From the IMG/VR virus record IMGVR_UViG_3300035670_000026, positions 32,001-96,000 of that record: a stretch of 64,000 bases of DNA. The stretch is one strand, 5' to 3'. Shown piece after piece: positions 48,994 to 56,769 of this stretch. A model generated the notes under the pieces. It was not told the origin of the DNA. It searched no databases and saw only the letters and a program-made list of their open reading frames with translations. Every line of letters begins with the position of its first letter. The first letter of the stretch is position 1. The stretch is from a virus. A program made the position numbers and the translations under genes.

Positions 48994-50192
48994 AAGAAGT
49001 TTTAATAAACGAATATAACAATACTGAAATTTTAAGGATATCTCATAGAGAACCTGAAAATACTTTTAATATTAATTTTTTAGATGGACCTTTTGTAGAA
49101 GTTTTAGGTCCTTTACAAAAAGAATATCTTATTAAATTTGTTAATACTAAAACTAATCGTGTTTTATTCGAGAATACTATTACTAATAATATGTGGACTC
49201 GTTCTAATATAAAATACTTAGTTAAATGGCGTATTGAAATTTATGATAAAAAAACAGGTGAAAAAATTATTGAACATACATTTAATCCTCAAGGAAAACG
49301 AGTTTATATTCATTTAGATTCATCTGCTGTAGGTGATACATTAGCATGGTTTCCTCTTATTGAAGAATTTAGAAAAGAAAATAATTGTGAAGTAGCTTGT
49401 TCAACTTTTCATAATGAATGGTTTGAAAAAAACTACCCTAAATTAGAATTTATAAAACCAGGTACTGAAGTACGTGATTTATATGCTATGTTTACTATTG
49501 GGTGGTTTTATGATAATAAAAAAGTTGTATTTGATAGAACACCAATTGATTTTAAAAAATATCCTTTACAACAAACCGCTACAGAAATTTTAGGATTAAA
49601 ATATAAAGAAGTTAAACCTCAATTAGTAACTCCTGAACGAAAAACAGATATTGAAGGAAAATATGTTGTAATTGCTCCCCATGCTTCAGCACATGCTAAG
49701 TATTGGATGTATCCAGGAGGATGGCAAACAGTTATTGATTATTTAAACGAAAAAGGATATAAAGTAGCAATGATTACTGGTGAACCTTTAAATGATGATT
49801 GGCACGATTCAAAACTTGGAGGTACATTAACTGGAGTAATCGATAAAACAGGATTTCACATTGATTTAGAAGATAGAATGATAGACATTCGTGATGCTTC
49901 TGCTTTTATTGGTTTAGGAAGTGGATTAAGTTGGTTATCTTGGGCATTAAATACTCCTACAGTTTTAATTTCCGGATTTAGTTATCCATATACTGAATTT
50001 CAGGATTGTGAAAGAATTTACCCTAAAGATCCTAAAACATGTAGAGGATGTTTTAACCGCCATTGGTTAAACCCAGGAGATTGGGAATGGTGTCCTGATC
50101 ATAAAAATACTCCTCGTCAATTTGAATGTACAAAAGTTATTGAACCTTCTCAAATAATAGAATCTCTTAATAAACTTCTTAATATTTATTAA
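48990..50192 (+). CDS. Aah/TibC-like autotransporter O-heptosyltransferase family protein
   Basis: NINFLDGP.VE, SAVGDTLAWFP, KYW, FIGLGSGLSWL.WA..P.VLISGFS....EF; four-Cys motif CRGC..WCP.H..FECTK. Confidence 0.85.
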   Translation: MKEVLINEYNNTEILRISHREPENTFNINFLDGPFVEVLGPLQKEYLIKFVNTKTNRVLFENTITNNMWTRSNIKYLVKWRIEIYDKKTGEKIIEHTFNPQGKRVYIHLDSSAVGDTLAWFPLIEEFRKENNCEVACSTFHNEWFEKNYPKLEFIKPGTEVRDLYAMFTIGWFYDNKKVVFDRTPIDFKKYPLQQTATEILGLKYKEVKPQLVTPERKTDIEGKYVVIAPHASAHAKYWMYPGGWQTVIDYLNEKGYKVAMITGEPLNDDWHDSKLGGTLTGVIDKTGFHIDLEDRMIDIRDASAFIGLGSGLSWLSWALNTPTVLISGFSYPYTEFQDCERIYPKDPKTCRGCFNRHWLNPGDWEWCPDHKNTPRQFECTKVIEPSQIIESLNKLLNIY

Positions 50193-50193
50193 C

Positions 50194-50442
50194 ATGGAAA
50201 ATAAAGTTTTAACACCAGAAGAGTTATCTAAATTACAAGAACTAAATAATAAAAGAGGAGATTTAGTTGAACGTTTTGGAGTTATCGAAATCAATATTCA
50301 AGATTTAGAACTTCAAAAAGAACAATTAATCGAAGAGTTATCACAAATTAAAAAAGCCGAGTTAGAAATTGGAGCTTTGTTACAACAAAAATATGGTGAT
50401 TCAAACATAAATTTATCCACCGGAGAAATAACTCCAAGATAA
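50194..50442 (+). CDS. small coiled-coil protein
   Basis: Heptad-rich; KYG..INL.TGE C-terminus. Confidence 0.7.
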   Translation: MENKVLTPEELSKLQELNNKRGDLVERFGVIEINIQDLELQKEQLIEELSQIKKAELEIGALLQQKYGDSNINLSTGEITPR

Positions 50443-50494
50443 TATTTTGAAAAGACTTAACATATTTATAACAAAACATTAACATAATCTAACA

Positions 50495-52225
50495 ATGGCA
50501 GAAACATTAATATCTCCTGGTGTATTAGCGTTAGAAAACGACAATTCATTTGTATCGTCTCAACCTGTAACCGTAGGAGCAGCTATTATCGGTCCTACTG
50601 TAAAAGGTCCTGTAAACGTACCAACAATTGTTACATCTTATAGCGATTACCAAAATAAATTTGGTACTACTTTTTTAAGTGCAAGCCAAGTTTACAGCTA
50701 CTTTACTTCAATTGCTGCTTACAACTATTTCAACAATGGTGGTCAAACCTTATTAGTTTCAAGAGTAGTAACTGGTTCATTTACTAGCGCAACTACAGCT
50801 ACTGGTTCAGGTACTCCCATAATAGAATCAACTAATATTGAAGCTTTAGTATTAAAAACTATTTCTCAAGGTGAAATTATGAATAACACTGGATCTATGG
50901 ATATCAGTGGTTCTTTAGTTTCTGGTTCAGTCGATAATATTAGATGGCAAGTTACTAACAGAGATACATCATCTGGTACATTTAGTTTATTAGTTAGACA
51001 AGGTGATGATAATGCAAATACTCCAATTGTACTAGAAACTTGGACTAATTTATCAATGGACCCAACAGCTCCTAACTATGTATCTAGAATAATTGGTGAC
51101 CAATACAGACAATATAATTCAACAGATAACCAAATTGAAGTAATTGGAACTTATCCTAACAACTCAAGATATGTCTATGTATCTAGTGTTAATACTCCTA
51201 CACCATTATATTTTGATAACAATGGTTTAGCTAAAGCAGCATTTACCGGTTCAATTCCTATAAATGGTAGTGGTTCATTTGGAGCAGCTACCGGTGCTTT
51301 ATTTGTAGGAGTTGCTGATTATTACAATGCTATTGATTTAGCTACAACAACTCCACAAGGTATTTCAGCAAGTGCTTACACTAATATGGTTAATTTATTA
51401 GGTAATGCTGATGATTATAGATATAATGTATTATTAACCCCTGGTTTATTCTCTTCAACAGCTAATTTAGGTGCTTCTCAAGTAACTACAGCAATCAATA
51501 ATACTCAAAATAGAGGAGATGCAATTTACGTAACCGATTTAGTACCATTTAGTTCAAGTATCTCAGAAGTAACTACTCAAGCAAATGCTAAAAATACTTC
51601 ATATGCTGCTGCTTACTGGCCTTGGTTACAAACCATCGATCCAGATTCAGCTCAATTAGTATGGGTACCAGCTTCAACAATGATTGGTGGTGTTTATGCT
51701 TACAACGATAACGTAAGTGAGCCATGGTTTGCACCAGCAGGTATTAACAGAGGTGGATTAGGTAACGTAGTAAGAGCTGAAAAGAAATTGTCTCAAGCTA
51801 ACCGCGATACTTTATATACAAATAAAGTTAACCCAATTGCAACATTCCCTGGAACAGGAGTTGTAGTATACGGACAGAAAACATTACAAACTAAAGCATC
51901 TGCACTTGACCGTGTAAACGTTCGTAGATTGTTAATCCAACTTAAGTCTTATATTTCTCAAGTAGCTCAAAACTTAGTGTTCGAACAAAACACAATCGCT
52001 ACAAGAAACCAATTCTTAAGCCAAGTTAACCCATACTTAGAATCAGTACAACAACGTCAAGGTTTGTACGCGTTTAAGGTGATCATGGACGATAGCAATA
52101 ATACAGCTGATGTAATTGATAGAAACCAGATGGTAGGTCAAATTTATATTCAACCTACTAAAACAGCAGAATTTATTTACTTGGATTTCAACATCTTACC
52201 TACAGGTGCTACTTTCCCAGCGTAA
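50495..52225 (+). CDS. tail sheath protein (T4 gp18-like)
   Basis: ISPGV, GPTVKGP, WFAPAG.NRG, GQKTL, RVNVRRL, P.KTAEFI. Confidence 0.97.
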   Translation: MAETLISPGVLALENDNSFVSSQPVTVGAAIIGPTVKGPVNVPTIVTSYSDYQNKFGTTFLSASQVYSYFTSIAAYNYFNNGGQTLLVSRVVTGSFTSATTATGSGTPIIESTNIEALVLKTISQGEIMNNTGSMDISGSLVSGSVDNIRWQVTNRDTSSGTFSLLVRQGDDNANTPIVLETWTNLSMDPTAPNYVSRIIGDQYRQYNSTDNQIEVIGTYPNNSRYVYVSSVNTPTPLYFDNNGLAKAAFTGSIPINGSGSFGAATGALFVGVADYYNAIDLATTTPQGISASAYTNMVNLLGNADDYRYNVLLTPGLFSSTANLGASQVTTAINNTQNRGDAIYVTDLVPFSSSISEVTTQANAKNTSYAAAYWPWLQTIDPDSAQLVWVPASTMIGGVYAYNDNVSEPWFAPAGINRGGLGNVVRAEKKLSQANRDTLYTNKVNPIATFPGTGVVVYGQKTLQTKASALDRVNVRRLLIQLKSYISQVAQNLVFEQNTIATRNQFLSQVNPYLESVQQRQGLYAFKVIMDDSNNTADVIDRNQMVGQIYIQPTKTAEFIYLDFNILPTGATFPA

Positions 52226-52264
52226 TTTTTTAAAAGTTGAATATTTATAATAAAATAAAATAAA

Positions 52265-52753
52265 ATGGCAGTATTAGATCCAAACGAAATATTTTTCACA
52301 GCTTTTGAACCAAAGCAAACCAATCGATTTATTATGTATATCGATGGTATTCCTGCTTACGAAATCAAAGGTGTGGGTGCTGTAAACTTAACTCAAAGCA
52401 CAGTACCTCTTAATCACATTAACGTACAACGTTTCGTTAAAGGTAAAACAACTTGGGGTACTATCCAGTTTACACTATTTGATCCAATTACTCCTTCAGG
52501 TGCTCAAGCTGTAATGGAATGGGTTCGTTTACATCACGAATCTGTAACTGGTAGAGATGGTTACAGTGATTTCTATAAGAAAGATTTAACTTTCAACGTA
52601 TTAGGACCTGTAGGTGATATCGTATCAGAATGGATTATTAAAGGTGCATTAATTACTGAATCAAATTTTGGTGATTATAACTGGGATGATGATGGTACTG
52701 CCGTAAACATCACAATGACAGTTCAACCAGATTACTGTATCTTGAACTTCTAA
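52265..52753 (+). CDS. tail tube protein (gp19-like)
   Basis: Follows the sheath; FEPKQTNRF, YKKD, EW.IKGA. Confidence 0.9.
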   Translation: MAVLDPNEIFFTAFEPKQTNRFIMYIDGIPAYEIKGVGAVNLTQSTVPLNHINVQRFVKGKTTWGTIQFTLFDPITPSGAQAVMEWVRLHHESVTGRDGYSDFYKKDLTFNVLGPVGDIVSEWIIKGALITESNFGDYNWDDDGTAVNITMTVQPDYCILNF

Positions 52754-52775
52754 TTAATAAAAATAAATTTAAAAG

Positions 52776-52806
52776 AGCTCGCGATTTTTCGCGAGCTTCT
52801 TTTTTT
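52776..52806 (+). terminator. intrinsic terminator
   Basis: AGCTCGCGA-TTTT-TCGCGAGCT followed by a T-run. Confidence 0.85.
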
Positions 52807-52852
52807 CTCATATATTTATATACGACAACAAAGTTATTAATAAAAACAATTT

Positions 52853-53611
52853 ATGACCGAATTTAAGTTCCCAACCGAAACAATCGATTTACCTTCAAAA
52901 GGTTTATTATATCCTGAAGGTTCACCTCTAGCAGAAGGTAAAATCGAAATGAAATACATGACTGCTAGAGAAGAAGATATTTTAAGCAATACAAACTATC
53001 TTAAGCAAGGTATTTGGTTAGACAAATTACTCCAATCAATGATTATAAGTAAAATTAATTATGATGATTTGTTACTTGGTGATAAAGATGCTATTATATT
53101 AGCAGCTCGTATTTTAGGTTATGGTAAAGATTATAGTTTTAGATATACTTTCCCATTATCAGATGTAGAAGAAACTGTTACTGTAGATTTAAGTTCTTTG
53201 AAAGAAAAAGAATTTGATACTTCTTTAATAAAAGAATCTAGAAAAAATGAATTTACTTTTGAATTTCCAACTACAGGTAATGTAATTACATTTAAATTGT
53301 TAACAGTTGGTGATGAAAAAGCTATAGAAAAAGAAATTCTTGGTTTGAAAAAAATTGATCCTAAAGGTTCATTTGAAATTTCAACTCGATTAAAAAATAT
53401 GATTATTTCTGTTAATGGTGATTATGAAAAGAAAACCATTAGAGAATTTGTAGATTATGGGTTATTAGCTCGCGACGCTAAAGCACTTAGAGAATACATT
53501 GGTAATATAAACCCAGGTGTAGATATGTCTTATACTCACATAACTGAAAACGGTGTAGAGGAGGACATCGTTATACCAGTAGGGCTTAACTTTTTTTGGC
53601 CTGACGCCTGA
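52853..53611 (+). CDS. baseplate hub / tail assembly chaperone (T4 gp26-like)
   Basis: LPSKG..Y, MTAREEDIL, ARILGYG, C-terminal FFWP. Confidence 0.85.
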   Translation: MTEFKFPTETIDLPSKGLLYPEGSPLAEGKIEMKYMTAREEDILSNTNYLKQGIWLDKLLQSMIISKINYDDLLLGDKDAIILAARILGYGKDYSFRYTFPLSDVEETVTVDLSSLKEKEFDTSLIKESRKNEFTFEFPTTGNVITFKLLTVGDEKAIEKEILGLKKIDPKGSFEISTRLKNMIISVNGDYEKKTIREFVDYGLLARDAKALREYIGNINPGVDMSYTHITENGVEEDIVIPVGLNFFWPDA

Positions 53612-53867
53612 GTATAGAGCTTCACTCTTTATCCAAATACATGAAATTGTATTTCATGGACAAGGAGGATACAGCTGGGATATAATTTATGACATGCCTA
53701 TTTGGTTGCGAAATTTTACATACAATAAAATAAAAGAATTTCACGAAAAGAAAAACACACCAAAAGACACAGTTCAAGAATCAATCAAAAATATGAAATC
53801 AGCTGGAGCTACAGCTAGTACAAAAATACAAGTTCCAACCTATGTTACAAAGGCATCTAAAAAATGA
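53595..53867 (+). CDS. unannotated gp51-like ORF, probably reached by a +1 frameshift from the gp26-like gene
   Basis: Open +1 frame FGLTPEYRASLFIQIHEIVFHGQGGYSWDIIYDMPIWLRNFTYNKIKEF...ASKK*; begins at a T7 run; no ATG at its start. Confidence 0.7.
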   Translation, partial: FGLTPEYRASLFIQIHEIVFHGQGGYSWDIIYDMPIWLRNFTYNKIKEFHEKKNTPKDTVQESIKNMKSAGATASTKIQVPTYVTKASKK

Positions 53868-53896
53868 TGCCTTTTAATATTTATAACAAAAACTAA

Positions 53897-56497
53897 ATGG
53901 CTAAACAAAATTCTACTCAAAGACTTAATGAAGAATTAGGATTTCTGAGAGACCAAATTACATCAATTGGTGCTCAGATTGGTGAAGCTATTAATGAAAG
54001 ATTAGAAGAAACAGGAAATATTGTTGATAGAGTATCATCAACTATTAATAAAACAACTGCAAAAGCAGCTGTAAAATCTGTTACTGATTTAACTAAAGGT
54101 TTAGATAGTGCCCTTCAAAATCAATTAAAAATAAATCAAGGTGCTCTTAAGTTATCTGATATAACTAAAGCACAACAAGGTTTAGAATCTAGAAGATTAA
54201 CTTTAAAACAAAATCTTCAAAACCTAGAAAATTTAGGTTTAATTACAGCTAAGGAAAGAGCAAAACAAGAACAAGAATTATCAGAAGCTTTAAATAACGA
54301 AGCTAAAATTCTTAACAATCAAGCAAAAGAATATGACACTATTAACCAAAAATTAGGTGTTACTGGTAAATTAATAGGTGGTATTTCTAAAATTCCTGTC
54401 TTAGGAAATTTAATAGATGCTGAAGAAGCTTTAGGAGCGGCTCAATTAGAAGCAGCTAAAAAAGGTTCTACATCAGCAACTGTAATGAAAAAAGCATTCA
54501 GTTCATTAGGAAGTAGTTTAAAAACTAGTTTAATGGACCCTTTAACTGGTATAACATTAGTATTAGCTGGTGTTAAACAGTTATATAACATATTTAAAAA
54601 AGTTGATACCGAAACTGGTAACTTTGCTAAAGAAATGGGTATATCCTATAATGAAGCAAGAGCTACCAGAAAAGAATTTGAAGATATAGCAGCTAGCTCA
54701 GGTGATGTTAATATAACAGCATCTAAATTACTTCAATCTCAATTAGAAATTAATAAAGCATTAGGAGCTAATGCTAAGGTATCAGAAGAAGATTTAAAAA
54801 CATATACTCAATTAAGAGATGTTGCTGGAGTTGAACCAGAACTTTTAAATGAATCTCTTAAATTAAGTAAACTCCGTAATGTATCTTTAAAACAAGCTAC
54901 AACTTCTTTATTAGGTCAATTAAAAGTTACTAAAGCACAATTAGGTATTAACTTTAGTAATAAAGAAATAATGTCTGAAGTTGCTAAAACTTCAAATGTT
55001 ACTAAAATAGCATTAGGAGGTAGCACAGAAGCATTAGTAAAAGGTGTAGCACAAGCAAAAGCATTAGGTACAAGTTTAGATAAATTAGATAATTTAGCCG
55101 GTTCTTTACTTAATTTTGAAGAATCAATCTCAGCAGAATTAGAAGCTGAATTATTAACTGGTAGAGATTTAAATTTAGAAGGAGCTAGAAGAGCTGCTTT
55201 AAATAATGATTTAGTAGGATTAGGTCGTGAATTAAAAGCTCAGGGAGTTGATGCTGTTAAATTCGGTAAAATGAATAGACTTCAACAAGAGTCTATTGCT
55301 AAAGCTATGGGTATGAGCCGTGAAGAAATGGCTGACATGCTTATGGAACAACAAGCCCTTCAAACACTTGGTAAACAAAATATGGACCAAGTAAAAGAAG
55401 AGTATGAATTAGCACGTAAACAAGGTAAAGAAGCAGAATTTTTAGCTAAATTAGGTAATGATGAATTAGCATCCCAACTAAAAAATCAGTCTGTACAAGA
55501 AAGGATGGCCGTTGCTCAAGAAAAAATGCTTGCTGCTTTTGAAAAGTTATCTCCAATTATCGAATCTATTGTAACTCCAATTGCAAATGTTGCTGGAGCA
55601 TTAGCATCTTCAAAACCATTAATGGATGCTATTGTAAAAGGTGCTCTTATATTAGCTGGTATTAAATTTGCGAACTTCCTTAGTTTAGGAAAATCATTAG
55701 GAGGTATGAGTAGTATGTTTGGTGGAGGTGGTGCCGCGGGAGGTGCTGCTAAATCTTTAAGTGAAAAACAAATTGCTGCTGGTTTTGGGGGTAAAGCTGC
55801 TAAAGAAGCTCTTAAAACAGGAGGAATGGAAGCCGCACAAGCTGCTATGAAAGGTGGTGGTGGTGGATTATTTGGTAAGATTGGAGGATTTTTTAGCAAT
55901 ATGAATCCTTTAAAAGCCGTTAAAGGTAAAATAGGAAAAATAGCACCAAAATTATTAAAAATTCCTTTAATAAGTACTGTATTAGAAGGTATATTTGCTG
56001 GTCAAGATATTGCTAACCTAATTTCTGGGGGTGGTTCACTTAACGAAATATACAAAGGTATAGGTGTAAGAGGTGGTGAAGCTATTGGTGGTATTGGTGG
56101 GGCAGCTTTAGGAGCCGTAGTAGGATCACTAATCCCAGGTCCTGGTACTCTTATAGGTGGTATTTTAGGAGATGCTTTAGGAAGATGGGTAGGTGGTAGC
56201 TTAACAGAAGCATTAGGTGCTGAAGGATTTGGTAAAACAATTGCTTCAACTTTTGGATATGATAAAGACATTGAATCTGGAATTAAAGGGGGTGCGATAC
56301 AAGCTGAAGATTATGTAATTAAAACTTTACCTAAAGATACAGTAGTAGGTGCCGGTGGTACTAAATTAGGTAGAACAGATGAAATGGTAGCGTTGCTACA
56401 AGAACTTATAACTGCTGTTAAAACAGGTGGTAATGTTTATCTTGATGGTAATAAGGTTGGTACCGCAATGGGTATTAGTGCTTATAAAACTCAATAA
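53897..56497 (+). CDS. tape measure protein
   Basis: Long Ala/Leu helical protein after the chaperone; Gly-rich hydrophobic C-terminal part; VYLDG.KVG end. Confidence 0.85.
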   Translation: MAKQNSTQRLNEELGFLRDQITSIGAQIGEAINERLEETGNIVDRVSSTINKTTAKAAVKSVTDLTKGLDSALQNQLKINQGALKLSDITKAQQGLESRRLTLKQNLQNLENLGLITAKERAKQEQELSEALNNEAKILNNQAKEYDTINQKLGVTGKLIGGISKIPVLGNLIDAEEALGAAQLEAAKKGSTSATVMKKAFSSLGSSLKTSLMDPLTGITLVLAGVKQLYNIFKKVDTETGNFAKEMGISYNEARATRKEFEDIAASSGDVNITASKLLQSQLEINKALGANAKVSEEDLKTYTQLRDVAGVEPELLNESLKLSKLRNVSLKQATTSLLGQLKVTKAQLGINFSNKEIMSEVAKTSNVTKIALGGSTEALVKGVAQAKALGTSLDKLDNLAGSLLNFEESISAELEAELLTGRDLNLEGARRAALNNDLVGLGRELKAQGVDAVKFGKMNRLQQESIAKAMGMSREEMADMLMEQQALQTLGKQNMDQVKEEYELARKQGKEAEFLAKLGNDELASQLKNQSVQERMAVAQEKMLAAFEKLSPIIESIVTPIANVAGALASSKPLMDAIVKGALILAGIKFANFLSLGKSLGGMSSMFGGGGAAGGAAKSLSEKQIAAGFGGKAAKEALKTGGMEAAQAAMKGGGGGLFGKIGGFFSNMNPLKAVKGKIGKIAPKLLKIPLISTVLEGIFAGQDIANLISGGGSLNEIYKGIGVRGGEAIGGIGGAALGAVVGSLIPGPGTLIGGILGDALGRWVGGSLTEALGAEGFGKTIASTFGYDKDIESGIKGGAIQAEDYVIKTLPKDTVVGAGGTKLGRTDEMVALLQELITAVKTGGNVYLDGNKVGTAMGISAYKTQ

Positions 56498-56526
56498 TTT
56501 TAATATTTATAATAAAAAATACAACT

Positions 56527-56769
56527 ATGGGACTATTAGATTTACTTAAAAAAGGATCTGTATTAACTGATTTAGATGGTAAAACCCCAAAATCATATGA
56601 TGGTGTAACTCAATATGAAAAAGGTTTAGCAACATCTCAATTAGATTTAGATGGTAAAACACCTCTTGCATACGACAGACTCACTCAATACCAGAAAAGT
56701 TTAGCTGCATCTCAATTAGATTTAGACGGTACAACTCCTGAAAAATATTTGGATAACTTACCTGGGTAA
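56527..56769 (+). CDS. small protein with a 25-aa internal repeat
   Basis: DLDG[KT]TP at residues 15, 40 and 65. Confidence 0.75.
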   Translation: MGLLDLLKKGSVLTDLDGKTPKSYDGVTQYEKGLATSQLDLDGKTPLAYDRLTQYQKSLAASQLDLDGTTPEKYLDNLPG

